This document shows, one piece after another, positions 55,378 through 64,000 of a DNA stretch of 64,000 bases. Position 1 is the stretch's first letter. Each line of letters starts with the position of its first letter. The stretch is from assembly GCA_963675855.1 (NCBI GenBank), contig OY776633.1, positions 1,242,546-1,306,545 on the forward strand, given 5' to 3'. The notes under the pieces were generated by a model. That model did no database searches. It saw only the letters and a list, made by a program, of their open reading frames with translations, and was not told where the DNA came from. This DNA is from Christensenellaceae bacterium (GTDB lineage: Bacteria > Bacillota > Clostridia > Christensenellales > CAG-138). The position numbers and the translations under genes are program-made.

Positions 55378-57051
55378 TTATTTTGCTTCCAACGCGGAAA
55401 AAGCAAGCGTAACGGTCGTGCCGACGCCGAGTTTGCTTTCGAGCCGTACGGTTGCGCCAAGCGCTTCGGCGGAATGCTTGACGATGGATAGGCCGAGCCC
55501 GGTTCCGCCGATCTGCTTGTTCCTGCTCCGATCGACGCGGTAAAAGCGCTCGAACACGCGCGAAATGTATTCCTCCGATATGCCGATGCCCGTGTCGGAC
55601 ACGCTCAGAATGACGCGGTGATTCTGATTGGTCAGCGTAACGCCGACTTTGCCGTTGGTGGTGTTGTACTTGATCGCATTGTCGACGAGATTTTGCACGA
55701 TTTCTCCGAGTATCTTCGGGATGCCAAGAACGCTTGCATTTTCGCAGTTGACGGACAGCGTAACGCCTGCTTTCTCAGCCTGCGGCAGAAGGCGCTGGCA
55801 AACGTCCTCGCAGACGGCTTTGAAATCCACCGGCGCCATCTCCGGCAGCCCGGTCTGTTCATCCAGCAGGGAAAGGCGGATGATGTCGTCGATCAACGAC
55901 ATCAGCTGCGAAGCCTCCGCGTAGATCTTTCCGGCGAACCGGTGGGTATCCTCCGGCTTTGCCACGCCGTCGCGCATGATCTCGGCGTAGCCGAGGATGG
56001 AAGTGAGCGGCGTTTTCAATTCGTGGGATACGTTTGCCGAGAATTCGCGGCGCATCTGCTCCGCTGCCGCGCGGTCCGTGATGTCGAGGATCAGGATTAC
56101 CGTTCCGACGGGGACGCCGTTATCTTTTACGAGGCTGGCCAACAGCTGATAGGTCTTCGCGCCGCGTATCAGCGTCGCCTCGCCCGCGCCGTCCCGCTTA
56201 GACTGTTCTACCGCCTGCTGAAGGCCGACACTGCGGCAGAGCATGAGCATATGCGCGCCCTGAACGCACGAGACATCCGCTCCAAACGCGCTTGCGGCGC
56301 TTTCATTGACGGCGATCACGCGGTCTTTCGCGTCGAGCAGGATGAATCCCTCGCGCATGTGTTCGGTGACGGCGGTGAATTCACGCTGCTTTTCACTCAG
56401 GGCGGCCATTCGCTTCTGTATCTCTCTTCGCTGGCGTTCCATGCCGGTCAGGAGCGGCGCGAGTTCATCGTAAGTAACGTTGCCGAGCGGATGATCCAGA
56501 TCCAGCGCGTTGATGGGTCTTACGATGGTTTTCGCGGCGTACCGTGCGAACAACGCGGATACCACCACGATAGCGGCGAGCACGAGCAGCGTCGGCAGCA
56601 GCAGGTTTCTGAATAAACCGAACAGGCTCTGCTGACTGGTTGCGATGCGCAGCACGCGTCCGTCTTTCAGGAGCCTGGCGTAGTAGAAGTTTTTCATCAG
56701 CTGGGTTTCGGAAAAGCGGGAGCTGGTGCCTTCGCCCGTATTCCGCGCTTCGACGACCTCCGGACGGTCCGCGTGACTCTCCATCTTGTCGGCGGGCGAG
56801 GTCGAATCAAACAGAACCGTTCCGTCCGTATCGATCAGCGTCACCCGGTCGATGACGGGAAGCTGGTTCAGATAGGAGGTTTCATCGGACGCGGAGAGAA
56901 GACCGGACTCCACATGCTCGCATACGATCGTCAGTTCGGAAAAGATGAGCTTCTCATACTGCTCGTACTGCGTGAACAGAATGGAACCGCCCAGCATCAG
57001 AGCCGCGATGAGCGAGGGGAGAAAGATGTTCCAAAAGATGCGCTTTTTCAT
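55378..57051 (-). CDS. phoR: Phosphate-regulon-type sensor histidine kinase (PhoR-like)
   Basis: It has two TM segments flanking an extracytoplasmic domain, a PAS-like segment, the H-box VSHELKTPLTSILGY, and GTGLGLSIVKH. It is the last gene of the pst-phoU operon. Confidence 0.85.
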   Translation of the reverse strand: MKKRIFWNIFLPSLIAALMLGGSILFTQYEQYEKLIFSELTIVCEHVESGLLSASDETSYLNQLPVIDRVTLIDTDGTVLFDSTSPADKMESHADRPEVVEARNTGEGTSSRFSETQLMKNFYYARLLKDGRVLRIATSQQSLFGLFRNLLLPTLLVLAAIVVVSALFARYAAKTIVRPINALDLDHPLGNVTYDELAPLLTGMERQRREIQKRMAALSEKQREFTAVTEHMREGFILLDAKDRVIAVNESAASAFGADVSCVQGAHMLMLCRSVGLQQAVEQSKRDGAGEATLIRGAKTYQLLASLVKDNGVPVGTVILILDITDRAAAEQMRREFSANVSHELKTPLTSILGYAEIMRDGVAKPEDTHRFAGKIYAEASQLMSLIDDIIRLSLLDEQTGLPEMAPVDFKAVCEDVCQRLLPQAEKAGVTLSVNCENASVLGIPKILGEIVQNLVDNAIKYNTTNGKVGVTLTNQNHRVILSVSDTGIGISEEYISRVFERFYRVDRSRNKQIGGTGLGLSIVKHSAEALGATVRLESKLGVGTTVTLAFSALEAK

Positions 57052-57100
57052 TCAATATGCTCCGTGATTATTGCTTTCGTGAATGTGCGGGGTAAGCGGG

Positions 57101-57769
57101 TCATTCCCCGAAGCGGTATCCCACGCCGCGAACGGTTTCCACATACGCGCCGCACTCGCCAAGCTTAGAGCGCAGCGTCTGCACGTGTACGTCGACCGTG
57201 CGCGTCCCGCCGATATAATCGTAACCCCATACGGTTTCCAGAAGCTGCTCGCGGGTGAACGCGCGCCCTGCGTTTTGCATCAGGTGCGACAGCAGCGAAA
57301 ATTCCTTGTGGGTTAACGCGACGCTTTGGTTAAAAGTAGATACGGTATGCTTTGCGGTGTCTACGACAAGTCCGCCGCGCACGAGCCGCTCCGTGTTCGG
57401 CTGAATGCCGCTCCTTCTGATCAGCGCTTTGACCCGAGCGACGAGTTCCGCCATACCGAACGGTTTTGCGATATAATCGTCCGCTCCAAGGTCCAAGCCT
57501 GTCACCTTGTCGTACTCAGCTGATTTTGCGGTGACCATCATGACGGGGATCGCCGATGTGGTCGCGTTGCCGCGGATTTTTTTCAGGATGGAAAGGCCGT
57601 CCTCGCCGGGCAGCATGATATCGAGCAGTATCAGCGACGGCCTGTCCACCGCGGCGGCGGCAAAGAACGAAGCCGCGTCCGAAAATCCCTTTGCGGACAG
57701 GCCTGTTTGATTGAGCGTGTAAACGACGAGCTCGCGGATGTTCGCGTCGTCCTCAACATAGCAGATCAT
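57101..57769 (-). CDS. phoP: OmpR-family response regulator (PhoP/PhoB-like)
   Basis: ICYVEDD, LILLDIMLPGEDG, GADDYIAKPF and VRGVGYRF. It overlaps the phoU stop. Confidence 0.88.
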   Translation of the reverse strand: MICYVEDDANIRELVVYTLNQTGLSAKGFSDAASFFAAAAVDRPSLILLDIMLPGEDGLSILKKIRGNATTSAIPVMMVTAKSAEYDKVTGLDLGADDYIAKPFGMAELVARVKALIRRSGIQPNTERLVRGGLVVDTAKHTVSTFNQSVALTHKEFSLLSHLMQNAGRAFTREQLLETVWGYDYIGGTRTVDVHVQTLRSKLGECGAYVETVRGVGYRFGE

Positions 57770-58419
57770 AGCTCTGCGCCTTTATGCACGCCCGTGATGG
57801 AGAACTCCGCCCACTCGGCGATATTCTGCGCGTGGTCGCCGATGCGCTCGAAGTACTTGGCGATCATCAAAAGGTCGATCGCCTGTTCTCCGTTTTTCAC
57901 GTCCCGCTGGATCAGATCGATCAGCTCGCCCTTGATGACGTCGAACAGGTCGTCTATGATGTCGTCCATATCGATGACTTTCCGCGCCAGCTCCAGATCC
58001 TTGTTGATGAACGCGTCGAGGCTGCCGGACACCATGCGCTTGGCGGCCTCCGCCATCTGCGGAAGGTGTTCGAGCGGCTTGATATACGGCTTGCCGGCCA
58101 GATAGATGACGATGCCGGAAATGTCGGACGCCTGGTCGCCGATGCGTTCCATATCCGTGATCATCTTCAGCGCGGCGGAGATGAGCCTTAAATCCCGCGC
58201 GACCGGCTGCTGCTGCAACAGCAGCTTGAGGCAGAGCGTTTCGATGTCGCGCTCCTTTTGATCCACCTCGTGGTCGAAGGCGATGGCGTTGTTGGCCGCC
58301 TCCACATCCTGGCGCACGAGCGCTTCCGTGGCGGCTTGAATCGCGTGCTCGATCAGCGCGCCCATTTCGAGCAGTTCCTGATTGAGCAGACGCAGCTGTT
58401 CCTCAAAATTGATTCGCAT
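57766..58419 (-). CDS. phoU: Phosphate signalling complex protein PhoU
   Basis: It has a two-repeat helical PhoU fold, with ERIGDQASDI and ERIGDHAQNIAE. Confidence 0.93.
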   Translation of the reverse strand: MRINFEEQLRLLNQELLEMGALIEHAIQAATEALVRQDVEAANNAIAFDHEVDQKERDIETLCLKLLLQQQPVARDLRLISAALKMITDMERIGDQASDISGIVIYLAGKPYIKPLEHLPQMAEAAKRMVSGSLDAFINKDLELARKVIDMDDIIDDLFDVIKGELIDLIQRDVKNGEQAIDLLMIAKYFERIGDHAQNIAEWAEFSITGVHKGAEL

Positions 58420-59171
58420 TAACCGAACCTCCCCGTGATGTAATCTTCCGTTCGTTTGTCCTTCGGTACGCTGAATAGCTGATCCGTTTGACCATACTCG
58501 ATGATTTCGCCGAGCAGGAAAAACGCCGTGTTGTCGGAGATACGGGCGGCCTGCTGCATATTGTGCGTTACGATGATTATAGTATATTTTTCACGCAGCG
58601 TCACGCAGAGGTCCTCGATGCGGCTCGTAGAGATCGGGTCGAGCGCGCTGGTGGGTTCGTCCATGAGCAGCACCTCCGGCTCGACTGCGAGCGCGCGCGC
58701 GATGCACAGGCGTTGCTGCTGGCCGCCGCTGAGCCCGAGCGCGTCCTTTTTCAGGCGGTCCTTGAGTTCGCCCCAGATCGCCGCGTCCCGAAGCGAGCGC
58801 TCCACGATATCGTCGAGCCGCGCTTTGCCGCGAACGCCGTGTGTGCGCGGGCCGAAGGCGACGTTGTCGTATACGCTCATGGGAAACGGATTCGGCTTTT
58901 GAAACACCATGCCGACACGCTTCCGCAATAGCGTCGTATCCATGTCGCTGTTGTAGATATCTTCGCCGTCGAGCAGAACGGTGCCGGTGATGCGACAGCC
59001 TTCCACAAGGTCGTTCATGCGGTTAAGCGTGCGCATCAGCGTGCTTTTTCCGCAGCCGCTCGGGCCGATGAACGCCGTAATCTGCCGCTCGGGAATCTTC
59101 AGCTCTACGTCTTTGAGCGCGTGCAGCTGGCCGTAATACAGGTCGAGATTTGAAACTTCATATTTTTCCAT
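58419..59171 (-). CDS. pstB: Phosphate ABC transporter ATP-binding protein PstB
   Basis: [34 protein letters not shown] and [11 protein letters not shown]. Confidence 0.96.
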   Translation of the reverse strand: MEKYEVSNLDLYYGQLHALKDVELKIPERQITAFIGPSGCGKSTLMRTLNRMNDLVEGCRITGTVLLDGEDIYNSDMDTTLLRKRVGMVFQKPNPFPMSVYDNVAFGPRTHGVRGKARLDDIVERSLRDAAIWGELKDRLKKDALGLSGGQQQRLCIARALAVEPEVLLMDEPTSALDPISTSRIEDLCVTLREKYTIIIVTHNMQQAARISDNTAFFLLGEIIEYGQTDQLFSVPKDKRTEDYITGRFG

Positions 59172-59201
59172 ATCGTTTTCCTTATGGTTGAATAATACGC
59201 T

Positions 59202-60032
59202 CTACAGCTTCCGCCTGCCCATGCGGCGGGCGAGCATGGCGGAGAGCGCGTTGATGCCGATGACAATGAACAGCAGGACGACGGCGGTGGCGTACGTCTG
59301 GTCGATATATAGCCCTTCCTGCGAGAGCGCGTACATATGAACGGAAAGCGTGCGCGCCGAATCCATAATGCCGGATACCGTGTCGGAGGACGTGCCAGCC
59401 GTATACAACAGCGCCGCCGTCTCGCCGACGGTGCGGCCCGCGGCGAGGATAACGCCGGCGAGAATACCGGGTACTGCGTCCGGCAGCACGACGCGAAAGA
59501 CCGTGCGAAGCCTCCCTGCGCCGAGCCCGAAGCTGCCCTCGCGGTAGCTGTCGGGTACGCTGATGAGCGCTTCTTCCGCCGTGCGCAGGATCACGGGCAA
59601 TATCATGATGGATATCGTCAGCGCGCCGGAGAGCATGGAAAACCCGAGGTTGAGCGCGGTGACGAAGAAGAGCATTCCGAACAGCCCGTAGACGATGGAG
59701 GGGATTCCGGCGAGCGTTTCGGCGTTCATGCGGATGATGCGAACAAGCCTGCTGCCGCGGTGCGCATACTCGACCAGATAGATCGCCGCGAAAACACCGA
59801 GCGGAACAGAGATGAGCAGCGCAAGCCCCGTGAGCAGTATGGTGTTGAGCAGCGCGGGCATCAGCGAGAGGTTATCCGTTGTGTAGCGCCATTCAAACAG
59901 CTGTAAGGAGAGGTGGGGGATGCCTTTGAACAGGATGTATCCGACCACAAAGAGCAGCGCGCCCACGGTGATGAACGACGCGAGGTATACCATATAACGA
60001 AGGATGACGGCAACGATCTTCTGACGCTTCAT
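59202..60032 (-). CDS. pstA: Phosphate ABC transporter permease PstA
   Basis: It has six hydrophobic segments and an EAA-like loop (EEALISVPDSYREGSFGLGAGRLRTVFRVVLP). Confidence 0.92.
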   Translation of the reverse strand: MKRQKIVAVILRYMVYLASFITVGALLFVVGYILFKGIPHLSLQLFEWRYTTDNLSLMPALLNTILLTGLALLISVPLGVFAAIYLVEYAHRGSRLVRIIRMNAETLAGIPSIVYGLFGMLFFVTALNLGFSMLSGALTISIMILPVILRTAEEALISVPDSYREGSFGLGAGRLRTVFRVVLPDAVPGILAGVILAAGRTVGETAALLYTAGTSSDTVSGIMDSARTLSVHMYALSQEGLYIDQTYATAVVLLFIVIGINALSAMLARRMGRRKL

Positions 60033-60910
60033 GCCTTGTTCCTCCGTTTGGTCAATGAAAAGAGGAAATTAATGATCAGAATAAAGACGAACAGCACGAC
60101 GGCGGTCGCGATCAGCGCCTCGCGGTGCAGATCGGCGGAGTAACCCATCTCCATGACGATGTTCGTCGTAAGCGTGCGCAGACCTTTCAATATGCCCTGC
60201 GGCATGCGGGGCTGGTTTCCTGCCACCATGATCACAGCCATGGCCTCGCCGATTGCGCGGCCTACGCCGAGGATGACGGCCGCGGTGACGCCGCTCTTGG
60301 CGGCGGGCAGGATGATGGTAAAGACCGTCCTCTCGTGCGTGGCCCCAAGCGCGAGCGCGCCTTCGTAATAGGTGGGGTCCACGGCGTTGAGCGCGGATTC
60401 GGAAACGGTGATGACGGTCGGCAATATCATGACCGCGAGCACGATGCTCGCGGCAAGCATGCTGCCGCGTCCGCCGAGCAGCGGAACGATGACCACCAGC
60501 CCGAAAAATCCGTATACGATCGAAGGGATGCCGGCGAGCAGCTGCACGGCGGGCTTGAGCAGCCGCACCATCCGCTTCGAAGCAAAGCGCGAAAGAAACA
60601 GCGCCGTCAGGATGCCGACCGGCACGCCGAGCACCAGCGCGCCAGCGGTCACGTAAAAGCTGCCGAGAATCATCGGCAGGATGCCGTAGATATCGTTTCC
60701 GGGCCTCCACACCGTTCCAAAGAGGAATTTAAACACGCCGATTTCGGCGATAGCGGGGACGCCGCTGATCAATAGATAAAGCGTGATTAAAAAGACCGCC
60801 AGGATACTTACGCTGGCGGCGGCGAGGAAAAGAATCCTCGCCGCGCTTTCACGCACCCGGTTTTTTCGTCCCGCGGCGGCTTCACGCGTTCGGGAGTTTG
60901 AATGATTCAT
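60029..60910 (-). CDS. pstC: Phosphate ABC transporter permease PstC
   Basis: The permease has SESALNAVDPTYYEGALALGATHERTVFTIILP. It overlaps the pstA start. Confidence 0.92.
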   Translation of the reverse strand: MNHSNSRTREAAAGRKNRVRESAARILFLAAASVSILAVFLITLYLLISGVPAIAEIGVFKFLFGTVWRPGNDIYGILPMILGSFYVTAGALVLGVPVGILTALFLSRFASKRMVRLLKPAVQLLAGIPSIVYGFFGLVVIVPLLGGRGSMLAASIVLAVMILPTVITVSESALNAVDPTYYEGALALGATHERTVFTIILPAAKSGVTAAVILGVGRAIGEAMAVIMVAGNQPRMPQGILKGLRTLTTNIVMEMGYSADLHREALIATAVVLFVFILIINFLFSLTKRRNKA

Positions 60911-60950
60911 CCAAGTCGCTCCAAATCATGTTTTTCGTTCGGGACAGCTG

Positions 60951-61823
60951 TTACTGTACTTCCGACCAGCTGAACACTTCGCCTACGTAGATCTGACGGA
61001 CCTGCTCCGTGGTGAGGTTCGTGACGGGGTTATCGAGGTTGACGATGATCGCAATGCCGTCGATGGCGATGACGGTCGGGGTCACGCCCTCGGCAAGCTC
61101 GCTGTCTTTCAGTTCGCGGGACGCCATGCCGATGTCGCAGTTGCCGTCTATGGCCATTTTAACGCCGGTGCTGGAGTCGCTCATCTGGACTTCGATCTCA
61201 GCGTTGGGGTTGATCGCCATATAGGCTTCTTTCAGCTTCTCCATGACCGGGGTGACGGAAGAGCTGCCCGCTACGACGACTTTGCCCGCGATGCTGCTTC
61301 CGGCAAACGCGGGAGCGTTATCGACGCTGGCGATGTATTTGTTTTCCTGTACGACGGCCTGGCCTTCCGCGCTGAGGATGAAGTCGATGAACGCCTGCGC
61401 GGCTTCGGAGACTTCCGCCCGGGTGGCGATGTTGAACGGACGGGCTACTTTGTATGCGCCGCTTTTAATGTTTTCAACGGTCGCGTCCGCGCCGTCGATC
61501 ATTAGAGCCTTGACGGTGTCGTTCAAGGCGCCGAGGGAGATATAGCCGATGGCGGCGACGTTGCCCGCGACGGTCTGTGTGACGACGGAGGTGCTGTTGA
61601 CGATTTCGGCGTCGAGCGTCGTGTAATCCACCTTGTCGCCGTTTGCGTCTTTCTGTTCTACACCCACGAGTTCGATGAACGCGCCGCGCGTGCCGCTTCC
61701 ATCCTCGCGCGATACGACGACGATATCGTCGTCGAAGTTTCCGTTTGCCGCAGGCGTGCCGCATGCGGCAAGGCCTGCCACCATAATCAGTGCGATCAGT
61801 ATCGCAATCATTTTCTTTTTCAT
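60951..61823 (-). CDS. pstS: Phosphate ABC transporter substrate-binding lipoprotein PstS
   Basis: MKKKMIAILIALIMVAGLAACG (lipobox) after an AAAAGGAGA RBS, plus SREDGSGTRG and GSSSVTP. The ORF extends to 61874, but the internal start at 61823 fits the RBS and signal peptide. Confidence 0.9.
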   Translation of the reverse strand: MKKKMIAILIALIMVAGLAACGTPAANGNFDDDIVVVSREDGSGTRGAFIELVGVEQKDANGDKVDYTTLDAEIVNSTSVVTQTVAGNVAAIGYISLGALNDTVKALMIDGADATVENIKSGAYKVARPFNIATRAEVSEAAQAFIDFILSAEGQAVVQENKYIASVDNAPAFAGSSIAGKVVVAGSSSVTPVMEKLKEAYMAINPNAEIEVQMSDSSTGVKMAIDGNCDIGMASRELKDSELAEGVTPTVIAIDGIAIIVNLDNPVTNLTTEQVRQIYVGEVFSWSEVQ

Positions 61824-61892
61824 TAAGGTTTCTCCTTTTATATGCTTTCTCATGTGAACAGCATAATCGGGCAATGTTTGATATAAATACCG

Positions 61893-61934
61893 GAAAGATC
61901 AAATTTAGGTAAAATCATAAAAGAAAGATCAAAT
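61893..61934. repeat. 12-bp exact direct repeat GAAAGATCAAAT (x2, 30-bp period) in the pstS upstream region; candidate regulator (Pho-box-like) sites
   Basis: The copies are at 61893-61904 and 61923-61934, about 70-110 bp upstream of the pstS start on the minus strand. Confidence 0.35.
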
Positions 61935-61994
61935 CTGTCGGTCAGCGCTCGGCGAAAAACGAGAAACCGACCGCGGGTGCAGATCCGCCGAAAC

Positions 61995-62023
61995 TTGCAT
62001 TAAACGGTGCTTTCCGTTATAAT
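61995..62023 (+). promoter_or_regulatory. Sigma-A-type promoter (TTGCAT-17-TATAAT) for queA-tgt
   Basis: The hexamers and 17-nt spacer were read directly. Confidence 0.6.
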
Positions 62024-62085
62024 ACTTCGGTCGGCGCACCGCCGTTTTCAAGCGGTCTCCGGGGAAAAAGGACTTTAAACGAGAT

Positions 62086-63111
62086 ATGCAGACCAGCGAC
62101 TTTTCATACGACCTGCCGGAAGAGCTCATCGCGCAGACGCCGATTGCGGACCGTTCCGCGTCGCGCCTGCTCGTTTACGACCGTAAGACGGGAAGCATTG
62201 AAGATCGCGTGTTTTCCGAAATCACCCGCTTTCTGAAGCCGGAGGACGTGCTGGTTCGAAACAATACGCGCGTGCTGCCGGCAAGGCTGCTAGCAAAAAG
62301 GACGGACACGGGCGGAAGCATGGAGTTCCTGCTGCTCAAACGAACTGGAGAAAAGACCTGGGAGTGCCTCGCGCGTCCGGCGCGCAGGGCTGTAACGGGA
62401 CGTACCTATCGAGTAAACGAAGAGTTGGGCGTGCGCGTGCTTGGAAACACGGACGCGGACGGCGGGAAACGCATCGAGCTTCTATACGACGGGATATTCG
62501 AGGAGGTGCTCGACCGCGCGGGGCAGATGCCCCTGCCGCCGTACATCACCGAGCGGCTGAAGGACAAAACGCGTTATCAAACGGTGTATGCAGAAACCGA
62601 CGGCTCCGCGGCGGCGCCGACGGCGGGGCTTCACTTCACCAATGAGCTGTTGTCGCAAATCGCTGCGCAGGGTACGGACATCGTGGACGTCCTGCTGCAC
62701 GTCGGCCTCGGCACCTTCCGCCCGGTTGCGGAAGAGAACATTGAAGACCACGTGATGCACGAGGAGTATTATGAGGTCTCGCAGAAAGCGGCAAACCGGA
62801 TCAACGCCGCGCGCGCGCTTGGCGGACGCATCGTAGCCGTCGGGACGACGAGTTGCCGCACGCTTGAGAGCGTTTCGACAGGCGAAGGCGTCGTTCAGCC
62901 GGGCAGTGACTGGACGGGCATCTACATCACGCCCGGCTACCGTTTCAAAGCGGTGGACGCGCTGATTACGAACTTCCACCTGCCGGGATCGACGCTCCTG
63001 ATGCTCGTATCCGCGTTCATGGGACGGGAAGAAGCGCTGCGCTGTTATGAACACGCGATCAAAGAGCGCTATCGCTTTTTCAGCTTTGGCGACGCGATGC
63101 TGATACTATAA
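62086..63111 (+). CDS. queA: S-adenosylmethionine:tRNA ribosyltransferase-isomerase QueA
   Basis: MQTSDFSYDLPEELIAQTPI, AAPTAGLHFT and VGTTSCRTLES. Confidence 0.95.
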   Translation: MQTSDFSYDLPEELIAQTPIADRSASRLLVYDRKTGSIEDRVFSEITRFLKPEDVLVRNNTRVLPARLLAKRTDTGGSMEFLLLKRTGEKTWECLARPARRAVTGRTYRVNEELGVRVLGNTDADGGKRIELLYDGIFEEVLDRAGQMPLPPYITERLKDKTRYQTVYAETDGSAAAPTAGLHFTNELLSQIAAQGTDIVDVLLHVGLGTFRPVAEENIEDHVMHEEYYEVSQKAANRINAARALGGRIVAVGTTSCRTLESVSTGEGVVQPGSDWTGIYITPGYRFKAVDALITNFHLPGSTLLMLVSAFMGREEALRCYEHAIKERYRFFSFGDAMLIL

Positions 63112-63126
63112 TATATTATAATGTAA

Positions 63127-64000
<874 letters not shown>

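Noticed and set aside
62024-62085. Possible preQ1 riboswitch ahead of queA-tgt.
   Set aside because: The leader is ~60 nt and I could not recognise the compact preQ1-I hairpin with its A-rich tail. queA and tgt are also not the usual targets of that riboswitch.

Overview
This is a 64-kb chromosomal segment, roughly 60% G+C by eye, with the conserved gene order of a high-GC Clostridia-type Firmicute (Oscillospiraceae/Ruminococcaceae-like; taxonomy is inference). I call 63 protein-coding genes, 54 on the + strand and 9 on the - strand. Nearly all are core housekeeping genes. In order they are: truB-ribF-rpsO-pnp; an M16 peptidase; a yggS-sepF-divIVA division block; yceD-rpmF-plsX-acpP-rnc-smc-ftsY-ylxM-ffh-rpsP-KH-rimM-trmD-(EamA)-rplS-rbgA-rnhB-yraN; comM-dprA-topA-trmFO-hslVU; rnj; mltG; pepP-efp; dgt-dnaG-sigA; a seven-gene pstSCAB-phoU-phoPR operon on the minus strand; and queA-tgt. 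I found no rRNA, intact tRNA, CRISPR array, IS element, integrase or phage gene, and no recognisable defence system. The parts that are not ordinary are:
1. A self-contained minus-strand operon pairing a Ddl-like ATP-grasp ligase with a truncated KamA-type lysine 2,3-aminomutase (50863-52989). None of the known beta-lysine partner genes is adjacent. This is my best candidate for an undescribed pathway.
2. The AT-rich island next to that operon. It holds a 31-codon hydrophobic, Lys-tailed ORF with a near-ideal RBS. It also holds an orphan KdpD-C-terminal/KdpE-like two-component pair with palindromic repeats in its promoter.
3. A ~1280-aa protein that appears to fuse two GT-C-type membrane glycosyltransferase modules with two soluble beta-rich domains. 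It is translationally overlapped with a GtrA-family gene (25732-30028).
Smaller oddities (repeats, candidate operators, a decayed AT-rich spacer, a T-arm-like fragment) are listed separately. All protein calls rest on motifs read from the supplied translations, not on database searches. Start codons are my best choice from RBS spacing and may be off.
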